UHGV virus genome: UHGV-0125592
DNA from: a virus
Strand: one strand, 5' to 3'
Length of the DNA: 33,748 bases
This document shows, in pieces, positions 8,746 through 18,364 of the stretch (the stretch's first letter is position 1; each line of letters begins with the position of its first letter). The notes below the pieces were generated by a model. That model was given only the letters and a program-made list of their open reading frames with translations, was not told the DNA's origin and ran no database searches. Position numbers and translations under genes: made by a program.

Positions 8746-9296
8746 CGTTTAAGGATCAACCTCAGTTGGTTAGACAGGTTTTGTCGCATAATTTGCGGCA
8801 TACGTTCGTCCATAAGTTTTGGCACTTCAGCCCGGAATGTCTCGGTCAGGGGAATGGTCAGGGGAATACTGACCACTTCAATGGGATACCGGCTCTTCGT
8901 GGTACGCCGCAAAACATGCCAGCGGCCGTTTGCCAGTTGCTGAATAAAGGCCCCAGGGAAACGGAAACGCCCTACACGTAGCTCACTGTTCGTACCAGAC
9001 TTATCCCGTTTACGCCGGGACAGACGCATGCTGGATGGTCCCAGTTTGATAGCAGGAAGATTACCGCGGTTTATGCGAATCAGAGCGCGCGGCTTCGCCA
9101 CCGTTGCCCGGCGTACCCGCGCACGCTGCCTGACCAGTTTTCGGGGGACGCGGGTTGATTTCGCGACAGCGGACACACTGCGATTGACCGCCTGTGTGGC
9201 GATACGATTCACCGTCTGGGCGGAAGCGCGCGGTACAGCTTTTTTACTGATGCTGTTCAGGTTAGCAATGGCCTGCTCCAGCCCCTTAATCGACAT
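8742..9296 (-). CDS. Tail completion protein Z
   Basis: 184-aa basic protein at the lambda Z position; start/stop overlap with U. Confidence 0.7.
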   Translation of the reverse strand: MSIKGLEQAIANLNSISKKAVPRASAQTVNRIATQAVNRSVSAVAKSTRVPRKLVRQRARVRRATVAKPRALIRINRGNLPAIKLGPSSMRLSRRKRDKSGTNSELRVGRFRFPGAFIQQLANGRWHVLRRTTKSRYPIEVVSIPLTIPLTETFRAEVPKLMDERMPQIMRQNLSNQLRLILKR

Positions 9297-9308
9297 ATTC
9301 CCCCCTGC

Positions 9309-9584
9309 TTATTCGATAAAGATGCGTGGCTTGCTGTTAAAACGTTCGTGGCGGGTAAGATGGAATTCCTCCCCTTCAAAAATCACCACGTCATTACGGC
9401 GCGGCCTGTATCCTGCAGTAAACACCACCAGTGACCGCCCAGTTCCGCTCAAAGGCCCCATTTCTTCCAGAAACTCAGCCGGAATAACAATCATGGGCTC
9501 CCCGTTGATGGTCGCTGGCTTGCCCATTTTGTTTACCGTGACCGCATCCATGCGGCTGACAAGTCTGTCAAAGGGATTAGGCAT
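9309..9584 (-). CDS. Head-tail joining protein (FII-like)
   Basis: 91 aa, position between head genes and Z; weak pattern similarity to lambda FII. Confidence 0.5.
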   Translation of the reverse strand: MPNPFDRLVSRMDAVTVNKMGKPATINGEPMIVIPAEFLEEMGPLSGTGRSLVVFTAGYRPRRNDVVIFEGEEFHLTRHERFNSKPRIFIE

Positions 9585-9903
9585 TGATTTTCACAGCTAC
9601 AATTGCGGAACTGGCAGCAGCATCTTCCCAGGCTACCCCGGCCAGCTCGGCACCTGTCGCGTCGTTCTGCACTTTGCCATCTTTGATATGAACCTGCTCA
9701 CCGATGGTGATCGCATCGGTAGTCAGCTTGGGCAGCAGGAAAACCCCTTCGGCAAAACCGTCCCCCGCCTGGCCTGCCGGAATATCAGTAATGGCAATCG
9801 CCACGACTTTCCCCACCAGCACCGGCGAACCACTCAGGATCGCAACGCTGCCCGTGTTGGCAATCTCAATAGTTTTGCCATGCTGTACAAAATTCTTCGC
9901 CAT
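9577..9903 (-). CDS. DUF2190-like small head protein (putative decoration/cement)
   Basis: ATG at 9903 with GGAG 9 nt upstream; product MAKNFVQHGKTIEIANTGSV...AVKINA (108 aa); the longer 180-aa ORF in the track begins with an N-terminal extension that is unlikely to be translated. Confidence 0.55.
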   Translation of the reverse strand: MAKNFVQHGKTIEIANTGSVAILSGSPVLVGKVVAIAITDIPAGQAGDGFAEGVFLLPKLTTDAITIGEQVHIKDGKVQNDATGAELAGVAWEDAAASSAIVAVKINA

Positions 9904-9946
9904 AAATTCAGTCTCCATACAGCCCCTGTTGGGGCCGAACTCAGAT

Positions 9947-9968
9947 ACAAAAAAAGCCCTGATGGGCT
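9947..9968 (-). terminator. Weak intrinsic terminator/stabilising hairpin after the capsid gene
   Basis: Minus strand AGCCC-ATCA-GGGCT followed by TTTTTTT, 27 nt after the capsid ORF stop. Confidence 0.35.
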
Positions 9969-9994
9969 GTGATGTGCTGCTTGAGTGGAAGGAA

Positions 9995-11944
9995 TTATTT
10001 CCCGGTAGATTTCGCCAGGCCACGATAATCCAGAGGGGAAACACCAGCATCGATGCGCACCTTGGTCGCAATGCCGTCGGTCGTGAAGCCTTCCTGCTGG
10101 TCGATATACGGAGTATCAACGCCGTTCAGGTAAGCCACTTCGATGGTGTCCGTGCCCTTAGAGGCGGCCAGATACCAGGCGCTGGTGTCTTTGGCGTCAA
10201 GACGCGGCTCCGCGATAACTTCAGCAAAGTTCTGAATTGGGTTCATGATACCGGCGTTGATATCCGCCCCTTTCACACTGGCAGACTTGATCGTCTGGTT
10301 TGCCAGGGTTTCGAGCGCGACTGGCACCAGCATGAATGCCGGGCGAATATTCAGGGGACGCTCTCCCTCTTTCTGAAGGCGCATCATCTTGCGCGCTTCA
10401 TCAAGGCTGGCTACAGAAATCGCGCCTGCGGAAATATTGCCGTGATCAGCATGGAACAGCGGCTTGCCATCAGCCAATTTCGCGTTTTCGGTAAGAACGG
10501 CATATACCAGATCGCCAATCGTCCCTTTTGCCGCGCGCCCCATCTTCATAGGTACATCGGTTAACTGATTCAGATCGTCGTTGATGATAGCCTGACGGGT
10601 AATAGAGAAGATTTCACCGTAGGTGGCCAGCGCGATGCTTTCACCTTTATCTTTGGTGGTCACATACTTATATTCAGCCCCCTCGCGTACCTGACGCAGG
10701 GAGGAGAAACCACCCAGACCGACACGATGCGCCGTTTTAAAGTCAGACAACTGGCCTTTCTTGGTCCACTGCTCAAAAGTTTCTGCCGCTTCCTCCCAGC
10801 CCTGAAGCAACGCTTTATTAGCAACGTCGAGCAGGATATTGCCGAAGTCAGACGTGCTGTGCGTCAGTGCCATACCGACCATCTGCATCGGGTTATAGCT
10901 GGAAACGCCGATGCCGCGCTCGGTCAACGCCATACGGGCATATTCGCGCAGCGTCATGCCGTTATAGACGTTGTCACGCTCCAGGCTCTCAAAGCCCGCG
11001 CGCGCCATCAGTGCCTGGCGAACTCCATCGCCAACAAAGTTACCGTTCCCGGCGTAAATATGCGCATCCGTGGTTTTATTCGACGGGGTTGCATTTTTGC
11101 CCAGCGCTGCCAGCAGTTCATCTTTAGCCTGTGCAACGGTGCATTCCGGATCCGCGATGCATTTATTCTGCAACTCATGATGCTTGCCGCCGAACATCGC
11201 AAAGAGATCGTTAATCGCGGTAACACGGTTCTTTTGCTCGGCAAGCACCTGTGCACGGATAGTGGCTTCATCAGAAGTGGCCGCCGGCGCTGTGGTCGTC
11301 GTTGTCCCCACCTGTGGTTGCTGAGGTTCGCGCTGGGTAGTATTGCGCGGCGGGGTGATCATGTTACGAATGCTGTTTGGCATCTTTTCAAAGTCCTCGA
11401 TACGTTTTGATTGAATACAGGCCATCGCCTGCAGAGATGTTGTGACCTGATCAGCAAAGCCATGCGCCAGGCATTCTTTACCATCCATCCAGGTTTCATC
11501 TTCCAGCATGGCGGCAACTTCCTCAGTCGTTTTCCCGGTTTTCTCAGCGTATGCCGGGATCAGGACTGACTCGACCTTATCCAGCAGATCGGCATAATCC
11601 CGCATGTCGTTGGCATCACCACCTGCAAAGCCCCATGGTTTATGGATCATCATCATCGTGTTTTCCGGCATAATGACCGGGTTGCCAACCATCGCAATCA
11701 CAGAAGCCATTGAAGCTGCCAGACCATCAATGTGAACGGTGATCGCCGCGCCGTGATGCTTAAGGGCATTAAAAATGGCGATGCCATCGAAGACATCGCC
11801 ACCTGGCGAATTGATATGAAGGTTGATATGGGTAATGTCGCCCAGCGCCTTCAGGTCATTTACAAACTGGCGCGCCGTCACCCCCCAGTAGCCGATCTCG
11901 TCGTAGATATAAATATCCGCTTCGTTGTCGGCGCTGGCCTGCAT
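9995..11944 (-). CDS. Prohead protease (ClpP-like) fused to major capsid protein
   Basis: N-terminal ClpP/S14 motifs (INSPGGDVFDGIAIFNAL, GLAASMASVIAM with catalytic Ser, MMIHKPWG with His) followed by a long capsid-like C-terminal domain in one ORF. Start placed at ATG 11944 just after the portal stop; upstream TTG/ATG starts (12049, 12031) are possible. Confidence 0.75.
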   Translation of the reverse strand: MQASADNEADIYIYDEIGYWGVTARQFVNDLKALGDITHINLHINSPGGDVFDGIAIFNALKHHGAAITVHIDGLAASMASVIAMVGNPVIMPENTMMMIHKPWGFAGGDANDMRDYADLLDKVESVLIPAYAEKTGKTTEEVAAMLEDETWMDGKECLAHGFADQVTTSLQAMACIQSKRIEDFEKMPNSIRNMITPPRNTTQREPQQPQVGTTTTTAPAATSDEATIRAQVLAEQKNRVTAINDLFAMFGGKHHELQNKCIADPECTVAQAKDELLAALGKNATPSNKTTDAHIYAGNGNFVGDGVRQALMARAGFESLERDNVYNGMTLREYARMALTERGIGVSSYNPMQMVGMALTHSTSDFGNILLDVANKALLQGWEEAAETFEQWTKKGQLSDFKTAHRVGLGGFSSLRQVREGAEYKYVTTKDKGESIALATYGEIFSITRQAIINDDLNQLTDVPMKMGRAAKGTIGDLVYAVLTENAKLADGKPLFHADHGNISAGAISVASLDEARKMMRLQKEGERPLNIRPAFMLVPVALETLANQTIKSASVKGADINAGIMNPIQNFAEVIAEPRLDAKDTSAWYLAASKGTDTIEVAYLNGVDTPYIDQQEGFTTDGIATKVRIDAGVSPLDYRGLAKSTGK

Positions 11945-11957
11945 ACGGAACCAGGAA

Positions 11958-13466
11958 TTACTTTTTGCGCTGGCTTTCGGACGGTGATGCGCCCGGTTCT
12001 TTGGCTTCAGCACTTGTGCCTCCTTTGTCATTGGCAGGGTCAGTGTCAAACACCAGCCCCATCTCTTTGTTTTCGTCGATTTCTGCCTTCCGGCGCGCCT
12101 TCACATCGTTCGGGTTACGTCCGCTGGCGCGGACCCAGTCGGATTCCGTTGCCGCTCCGCCCCGGATCTGTAATTTCCAGGCATTGGCCTCTTTAACCGG
12201 ATCGATCCACGGCATAACAGGGCCGGAATACACTGCCGAGTACAGCGACTCCATATCCAGACCGCGGGGCAATTTAATCTCGCCGGCGGCCACCGCCATT
12301 TTCAGCCAGGCGCGGTACATTGGCCGGGTCACCGCGCCAATAAACCAGTCCTGCAAAATGAGATAGCCGTCTGTTGATTCCACCAGTTCCTGCCGCTGCG
12401 CGCTGTAGGTGCCGTTGTAGTTTCTGGCTGTGCTTGAAAAGCTGAGTCGACTGCCTGCTGCGACAGCGCGAAGTTGCCCATTACGGAAGGTTTCAAGGTT
12501 AGGATTGGGTCGGTCAGATTTCACCATGCCGATATCTTCACCAGGCTTAAGATCGTCATAAATGATGCCTGGCTGAATCATCACTTCCCGATCATCATCA
12601 TCGGAAGAACTATTACTCTCTTCGAAGCTTTGCCCGTCCCCCTTTTTGATGTACATGCCCAGCGCGGCAGCAATACGTGCGGCGGTGAGTTCTGCGTCTT
12701 CATATTCTTTGAGTGCGCTGAGGCGCATCAGTACGCCGGACAGCATCGATACGCCCCGGGTCTGGTGCAGACGGCGGACAAATTTAAGATGCAGCATGTT
12801 TTCCGCATCCACTTCTTTGGTATCAAGCTGACGGCCCGAAACGGGCAGGCTTTTATAAACCTGATATTTCCTTGGTCTGCCCCAGTTGTCGACGAATACT
12901 CCCTGATTAAGCTGGCTGGCAGCATCGCTGTTCATGGGAATAAAATCGGGTTCAAGCGCTTCAAGCCAGAAAGGAATACCGGCTGCTGGCGTAAGACCAT
13001 TCCCGGTTCCACTGACAAGTTGGGCAAACACTTCGCCATCCCGCAGCCAGGTACGCAACATCAGGCGCTCAAGCATCGGACGGGTAAACTGGTTTGTGAC
13101 ATCTGGCCTGACAGACCATTCTGCCCATTTATTACGGATCTGATCGGCCAGCTTTTTGGCGATTTGACCGTTCATCAGTTTGGGATGGGGTTCAACAATA
13201 ATTCCGGCTTTACCCACCACCCGTTCTTCAAGCTTATCGAACACCCCAATCACCAGATCATGGTTGTTATCGAGCCACCGGGCCTGCTCCCGCAGTGATA
13301 CAGCCCCCATTTTGCTGAGCTGATCTGCCGAACGGTTTTCACGGCGCCCTTTGTGCGTTCTGGTCGGGGTAACGGCTTCATATGCCCTGATTTTCGCGCG
13401 CGCCTGCAGACGGGCAGCTTTCCAGCCAGGCGAAAAGACACCAATCGCATCATCTAAAAGGCTCAT
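11958..13466 (-). CDS. Portal protein (lambda gpB family)
   Basis: 502 aa, between W and the protease-capsid gene; ATGA overlap with the W stop. Confidence 0.85.
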   Translation of the reverse strand: MSLLDDAIGVFSPGWKAARLQARAKIRAYEAVTPTRTHKGRRENRSADQLSKMGAVSLREQARWLDNNHDLVIGVFDKLEERVVGKAGIIVEPHPKLMNGQIAKKLADQIRNKWAEWSVRPDVTNQFTRPMLERLMLRTWLRDGEVFAQLVSGTGNGLTPAAGIPFWLEALEPDFIPMNSDAASQLNQGVFVDNWGRPRKYQVYKSLPVSGRQLDTKEVDAENMLHLKFVRRLHQTRGVSMLSGVLMRLSALKEYEDAELTAARIAAALGMYIKKGDGQSFEESNSSSDDDDREVMIQPGIIYDDLKPGEDIGMVKSDRPNPNLETFRNGQLRAVAAGSRLSFSSTARNYNGTYSAQRQELVESTDGYLILQDWFIGAVTRPMYRAWLKMAVAAGEIKLPRGLDMESLYSAVYSGPVMPWIDPVKEANAWKLQIRGGAATESDWVRASGRNPNDVKARRKAEIDENKEMGLVFDTDPANDKGGTSAEAKEPGASPSESQRKK

Positions 13467-13684
13467 TCAAACCTCGCCAGTCGGTAACCGGGTCGCCCTC
13501 GGCGATGAGAAATAAGAGATGAGAGACGACGCTCCCACTCCTGCCGCCCTTTACGGATTTCCGACAGGTTCTCCATCGTCATTTCCTGCCCATTGAAACG
13601 GATAGTTTTGCCATCCAGTACCGCCATTTCGGCTTCGGTATATCGCTGGATCATGGCTTCAATATCGACACGGTTCACAACCAT
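13463..13684 (-). CDS. Head-tail connector / head completion protein W
   Basis: Small protein ending RRGRPGYRLARFE, like the C-terminus of lambda gpW; start uncertain (ATG 13684 or 13654; the track start at 13702 is TTG). Confidence 0.6.
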   Translation of the reverse strand: MVVNRVDIEAMIQRYTEAEMAVLDGKTIRFNGQEMTMENLSEIRKGRQEWERRLSSLISHRRGRPGYRLARFE

Positions 13685-15777
13685 CCTCCTGAAGTTCTCC
13701 AAGGGTTAGCATCATTGGTTACGGGCTTTTTCCGCTTCCTTTTTTTGGTGGGTACTGGTTCTGGTGTCTGGGATGACACTTCGCCAGCTTCCGACGGCGC
13801 GTTCTCCAGCCAGGTTTCCCGCCTCGCCCACTCAGGAGCAGCGGGCCATTTGATTTTCTCGTAGCCGTGGAGAATGGCGAGCGCATCTGCGTAGACCAGC
13901 AGGTCAAATGCTTCGTTTGCACCACGTCCAGGCTTACTCCATTTGCCATCGGTCGATCGCTCCTCATAGGTCAGTTCATCGTAAAACCAGCTGCCGAGCC
14001 AGTCAGGGAAATGCACATAGCCAGGGCCTGGTGAATCACGCCACAAAGCGTTGTTCACCCGGTCTTTCAGAGCATCGGTCTGGATCAGATAAAGCGGGAC
14101 GTCACCAGAAGCCTGTGCCCGCCGGCTTGAACGTCCGGTATTATCAGGAAAGGTTCGGGAGATGAGTTTTGATCGGCGGACACTGTCGCCTTTGAACAGA
14201 TAAACCTGTTTTCCTAGTCCCTCCCGACGGCACTTACGCCAGAATTTATAAGCGTTGTCGGTCACACCATCCTCACCGCCGGAGTCAACGGCCATCGCCA
14301 TCAGCCGCATACACCGGGTCGGATCCGATGCCAATGGCCAGGCTTTGTTAAACGCATCGGTCAGCAATAAATCCCAGTCTTCCGGATAGCTTGCCGGGTC
14401 AATCTGCTGGCTCTCACCATTGGCGTCATGGCGCATCGACTGCCGGATGTTGTAGCGGTCCACCAGCCAGCGCTCTCCCATGCTGCCGTAACCAGTAATC
14501 TGAACAACAAAACGCCGGTTGCGCCCCGCCTGAACGTCGACGGTCGCCATAAGAAAACAAACCCCGTCCGGAACAGAGCGCTTTGGTACATCCTCCGCAC
14601 GCTGCTCAAGCAGTTCACTTTTACGCTGCTCCATGCTGGATCGGGGAAGGTACGGACGCCCAAAGTCTGTGTTGATTACCGTCTTCAGTGCTTCCTCGCT
14701 GCCGGTGGCCTGATAGTCCTGCTCGGCAGTAAGAAATTTATAGATGAGCTGCGCCCAGGTCTGGTACGCGGCGGCAGGTCCTTCCATCCAGAAGGAGGCA
14801 ATGCGCGAGCGGCGCCCTTCTCCAGTGATAACACCATCGCTGTCGATGGTTTGCCCATCGCGTAGCCACACGCCTTTCATATTCAGCGAACGCTTCATAT
14901 CCGGCGTGATGTGATCTTTACAGGCAGGGCATTGAAGACTCGCTTTCTCGCTGGCCTGAACAGGGTCTGCGATATCGCGATAACCTGTCATGTTGTCCAT
15001 TTCAGGCTGGAAATATTCACCGCAATGTGGGCACGGCCAGTAAAGGCGACGGCGATCACCACGGTTGTACAGCGCCAGAATCCCCGTTGAGGGAGGTGCT
15101 TCATGCGGTGAGCTACGGCGCCATTTTGTGTCACGTATATCGCGGCCCGGCGAACTCTCAACCAGTGTCATACCTGATGACATGAACGTTGTGGTTCGCT
15201 TTGATGCCAGTGAAAAGGCGTCACCTTCCCCGTCAATGTCTTCCGGGAAACGGTCATAATCGGTCAGTGCCACGCATTTATAGTCCGATGAGGACATAAT
15301 ATTGACCGATGGCCAGCCGATTTTCAGGTAGTTCCCGGCACGAAACGTGCGATCATATACGTTGTTATCGTTACGCCGCGGGCTCAGTCGGGATTTCACT
15401 TCAGGGCTGCAACGGAATGTACGATCAAGACGCTTTTTGGAGTGCTCGCGCGCCTTTTCCTCAGTCATCTGAATCAGGAGCATATCAGCCGGATCACAGA
15501 CAACGTTGTAAACAATCCAGCCATCAATCAGACCAATGGTTTTACCGGTTCGCGCCGGACCAACAAACACCACCGCGTCATATTCACGTGATGCCAGACA
15601 GTTCATCGGTTCAATCACGTAAGGTGCCAGATCCGGATCCCATGGAACGGAGTTACCCGCCCCCATTGGCACGCGCATATAAGTACTGACCGCATCGGCC
15701 ACCTGCATTCGACGCGGGGCACGTAAGATACCGGAAACATCGCGGCGGATGCCTCTGGCTGATGCCCGCTTTGCCAT
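13675..15777 (-). CDS. Terminase large subunit (gpA family)
   Basis: 700 aa; Walker A motif GPARTGKT; ATGA overlap with the small-subunit stop. Confidence 0.9.
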   Translation of the reverse strand: MAKRASARGIRRDVSGILRAPRRMQVADAVSTYMRVPMGAGNSVPWDPDLAPYVIEPMNCLASREYDAVVFVGPARTGKTIGLIDGWIVYNVVCDPADMLLIQMTEEKAREHSKKRLDRTFRCSPEVKSRLSPRRNDNNVYDRTFRAGNYLKIGWPSVNIMSSSDYKCVALTDYDRFPEDIDGEGDAFSLASKRTTTFMSSGMTLVESSPGRDIRDTKWRRSSPHEAPPSTGILALYNRGDRRRLYWPCPHCGEYFQPEMDNMTGYRDIADPVQASEKASLQCPACKDHITPDMKRSLNMKGVWLRDGQTIDSDGVITGEGRRSRIASFWMEGPAAAYQTWAQLIYKFLTAEQDYQATGSEEALKTVINTDFGRPYLPRSSMEQRKSELLEQRAEDVPKRSVPDGVCFLMATVDVQAGRNRRFVVQITGYGSMGERWLVDRYNIRQSMRHDANGESQQIDPASYPEDWDLLLTDAFNKAWPLASDPTRCMRLMAMAVDSGGEDGVTDNAYKFWRKCRREGLGKQVYLFKGDSVRRSKLISRTFPDNTGRSSRRAQASGDVPLYLIQTDALKDRVNNALWRDSPGPGYVHFPDWLGSWFYDELTYEERSTDGKWSKPGRGANEAFDLLVYADALAILHGYEKIKWPAAPEWARRETWLENAPSEAGEVSSQTPEPVPTKKRKRKKPVTNDANPWRTSGGWL

Positions 15778-16265
15778 CAGTCCTCCTCTGGCTCTTCCTC
15801 CTCTGCTTCAGCATCCTGTACCCTCTCCGCCATCTGATCGCGCAGGTCATCGATAACGCTCTGCACGCGAGAAACCGCAACGGGCGTTAATGCACAGTCA
15901 CGCTCAAGTACATCAGGGAGGGTTTCAAGTACCATGACGACCGCTTTCGCCATCAATGAGAATTCGCGCGCAACTTCATCGGCGGGAATCAGTTGCCCCG
16001 TGTCCTGCTCGAACTTGAGGCGCTCATTCTCCGCTTTCCAGTGGGAAAGCCTGTCCGATGGCGGCATGTCATCGATATTGGCTGACACAGTGGGGATCAT
16101 CAGTTCGGTCAGAATGTCGGTGATCAGGTAAAGCTTTAATTTGCTGTTGCTACCTGGTGCCGGTTCAATATTTTTCAGCCTGGCGGCAACCGTCTGACGG
16201 TGTACGCCGGTGATCCCCGCCAGCTGGTTGATGTTCAGTTTTAAAGCGGCAATTTCCTGGTCCAT
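15777..16265 (-). CDS. Terminase small subunit (Nu1-like)
   Basis: N-terminal HTH (MDQEIAALKLNINQLAGITGVHRQTVAARL) resembling lambda Nu1, acidic C-terminus; sits directly downstream of the cos-like sequence. Confidence 0.7.
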   Translation of the reverse strand: MDQEIAALKLNINQLAGITGVHRQTVAARLKNIEPAPGSNSKLKLYLITDILTELMIPTVSANIDDMPPSDRLSHWKAENERLKFEQDTGQLIPADEVAREFSLMAKAVVMVLETLPDVLERDCALTPVAVSRVQSVIDDLRDQMAERVQDAEAEEEEPEED

Positions 16266-16379
16266 GATGGTGAACACTTTTTAAACGATTCGACATCTGC
16301 ACGAAATCGCCTCTAATGAGATCAATAACCTGCGCAAATGATGATGATGATGACCTTAGATCCGAAAAACTAGCCATTT

Positions 16380-16400
16380 TCCGCGAGCACGCCGCCCCGT
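16380..16400 (-). other. cos site (cosN-like cohesive-end region)
   Basis: Minus strand reads GGGGCGGCGTGCTCGCGG...TTTTTCGGATCTAAGG, close to lambda cosN GGGCGGCGACCTCGCGGG...TTTTCCGGTTTAAGG, about 120 bp upstream of Nu1. Confidence 0.5.
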
Positions 16401-16518
16401 GGCAGGCCACCCCGCCAGGAGGACCCATTTAATAATAATGATTATCACTTGCAATGATGAGTAGCGGGCATTAAAAAGCCCCGCTTTTGCTAGGCTTATT
16501 CGATGTGATAGCTGAGTA

Positions 16519-16722
16519 TCATTCGTCTTTTTTGATTACCACTTCTTGTGGTCTCATCTGCTGGATAGCACGACAGATGCAATATGGGATTACCGCCCAC
16601 GCAACGCCCATTGCTGCACCAGCAGCCTGCTGAGGCGCACTAACAGCACCGAACACTCCGATAATTCCCTGCACAAACCCAATCACTCCGCAAGTAATGC
16701 ATATAACCCAGAGAAATTTCAT
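16519..16722 (-). CDS. Small two-helix membrane protein (moron; possibly YbcW-like)
   Basis: ATG at 16722 with AAGGAG 9 nt upstream; 67 aa, MKFLWVICITCGVIGFVQGIIGVFGAV...; two hydrophobic segments. Confidence 0.4.
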   Translation of the reverse strand: MKFLWVICITCGVIGFVQGIIGVFGAVSAPQQAAGAAMGVAWAVIPYCICRAIQQMRPQEVVIKKDE

Positions 16723-17150
16723 TACCAAAACTCCTTTTATCAAAGAGATACCATGATAACCCCATGAATTATTTAGTAAAGCATGATCACAGACACTCAG
16801 TGAATGTCTGCTGTAACGCCTACTCAGTCGAGCTGTAGAACACCATGTTCTTCTGATTCAAAGTATGCAATAAGCATGCTGTATTCGGGGATGATACTAC
16901 CGTCATCAACTCCGCCTTTACATGTTGGTTTGTGGCAATTTACTTTTTATAGTCAAGCATCTGTCACTAAGGCGACATACTTTGAGTGCGCTTTGCTACA
17001 TTGTAAAATTTTCAGCAATGAGGCACATTAGATGTTCAGATGAAACTGTAAGTTCTTGACTCGGGCCGGATGATTAAATCATAACTTTCATTACACTTTG
17101 AGTAATCAATCTCATCCAGCATAGTTAAGCCCTGTTGATAAGGAATGTAT

Positions 17151-17570
17151 ATGGCAATTAAAATCATTGGTGGAAATATTAGTGGTAATGGTGGTGATGG
17201 CATCCATGTTGGGGATGGATTTGATATAGAGGTTATAGGCACCAAAATCACCGATAATCATCGTGATGGAATTCATGTCGCAAGCCCTAATACGAATGTT
17301 AGCATTCAAAATATTGAATGTTTCGGTAATACAAGAGATGGAGTTCATGTTGCTATAACAATGCAAGATTTAGTTAATGCTGGGTTGAAAGAAAATATAC
17401 CACAAGAAGAACTAAACAAGGCACAAAAGGTCATAGTTGAAAACACAAACAAACCACTTATAAAAATAACGTCCGCATTAAAAGGAATAGGATTCTGTCG
17501 CTGGATCACAAAAGGTTCAGAACTAGCAACAATTACGTCTCTTTTAATTCAGCTATTCACAAAAAATTAG
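17151..17570 (+). CDS. Hypothetical low-GC protein with three DGIHV beta-helix-like repeats
   Basis: 139 aa from ATG 17151 (AAGGA 6 nt upstream); repeats GDGIHVGDG / RDGIHVASPNTN / RDGVHVAIT; AT-rich relative to flanking phage genes; opposite strand to the late operon. Confidence 0.45.
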   Translation: MAIKIIGGNISGNGGDGIHVGDGFDIEVIGTKITDNHRDGIHVASPNTNVSIQNIECFGNTRDGVHVAITMQDLVNAGLKENIPQEELNKAQKVIVENTNKPLIKITSALKGIGFCRWITKGSELATITSLLIQLFTKN

Positions 17571-17639
17571 CCTTATTTATAATTAATATCATTGACATTC
17601 AAATAAACTCAAGAATAACACCTATTTATTCTACAGGAC

Positions 17640-17673
17640 GCTTACCACTCTCTAACAGTGGTAAGCTTTCCCC
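17640..17673 (+). terminator. Hairpin terminator after the low-GC repeat protein gene
   Basis: Perfect 10-bp stem GCTTACCACT / AGTGGTAAGC with 7-nt loop followed by TTT. Confidence 0.35.
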
Positions 17674-17839
17674 ACAGAGAATAATCATTCTTTATGTGAT
17701 GCATACATGTTTTTCTATCAAGAGTACGTTCTGCAGATTAGCTTGCTCCTCACCAGAAGCAAAGCCTGTTCTCTTAATGGGAAATCAGGAGCAAGTTATA
17801 ACCATACTATTACATTTCAGTTGCTGCGCCTTATCCGTA

Positions 17840-18364
17840 CTACTTTTTCATTTGTTCAGTCACTCTGTTATTTGACTCTCTCACCGAGTCGTAAACTCGC
17901 TCACACGTTATTCCAGCTCGGTAGCTTTCGTCAGATCGCTCAGCATAATATCGAGCTTCTTCTGCAAGGCGTCCGAGCATGTCGGCGAGCACTGCGGCGG
18001 CGGATCCGGCTGTTTTGCTTCTGACGGCAGCGGCAAGATCTGAGGTGTGCTTTGCGGCGTCCAAGCGGGCGGCAAGCTTTGTTGCTTCGGTGCGCAACTG
18101 GCTAACAGTGGCAGACAGGCCAGCAGCAGTGGCAGCAGATTTAGCGGCTTGTGCTTGTGCATCTTTTACAGCCTCATCACGGGCAATTATGCGCCCTTGC
18201 TCAATCATGCGGGCGGCGGTCTGCGCGTTCGCTGTTTGCGATGATTCCGCGCTGTCACGGTCAGCCCACTTCTTTTCCCAGCCGTGATTGCTCCATACGT
18301 TTCCGGCGATGAATGCGACAGCCACTAGCATCAAAATAACAATGAACTGATAGTGCAGGTTCAC
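17840..18364 (-). CDS. Rz-like i-spanin
   Basis: N-terminal TM helix ([15 protein letters not shown]) then Ala/Gln-rich coiled coil; follows the endolysin; probable GTG start overlapping the endolysin stop (GTGA). Confidence 0.7.
   Translation of the reverse strand: MNLHYQFIVILMLVAVAFIAGNVWSNHGWEKKWADRDSAESSQTANAQTAARMIEQGRIIARDEAVKDAQAQAAKSAATAAGLSATVSQLRTEATKLAARLDAAKHTSDLAAAVRSKTAGSAAAVLADMLGRLAEEARYYAERSDESYRAGITCERVYDSVRESNNRVTEQMKK
17908..18162 (-). CDS. Rz1-like o-spanin lipoprotein embedded in Rz
   Basis: Lies entirely within Rz in another frame; signal peptide with lipobox LLASC, Pro-rich mature part. Confidence 0.6.
   Translation of the reverse strand: MHKHKPLNLLPLLLACLPLLASCAPKQQSLPPAWTPQSTPQILPLPSEAKQPDPPPQCSPTCSDALQKKLDIMLSDLTKATELE

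Noticed and set aside
9028-9972. 314-aa plus-strand ORF
   Set aside because: Antisense to the Z, FII and DUF2190 genes, which have coherent lambda-like order, overlaps and ribosome-binding sites; the track also starts this ORF on a non-ATG codon.
9577-10119. 180-aa version of the DUF2190 gene as given in the ORF track
   Set aside because: The N-terminal 72 codons overlap the capsid-gene 3' region and its terminator and lack a ribosome-binding site; the ATG at 9903 with GGAG upstream gives a typical about 108-aa product.
10727-11410. 227-aa plus-strand ORF
   Set aside because: Antisense within the protease-capsid gene; Arg/Cys-rich composition, no ribosome-binding site.
12474-13298. 274-aa plus-strand ORF
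   Set aside because: Antisense within the portal gene, which is well supported by position and overlaps with W and the capsid gene.
16165-16428. 87-aa minus-strand ORF spanning the region upstream of the Nu1-like gene
   Set aside because: It overlaps the lambda-like cos sequence, has no ribosome-binding site and shows Gly/Pro/Arg-rich composition typical of a chance ORF in GC-rich non-coding DNA.
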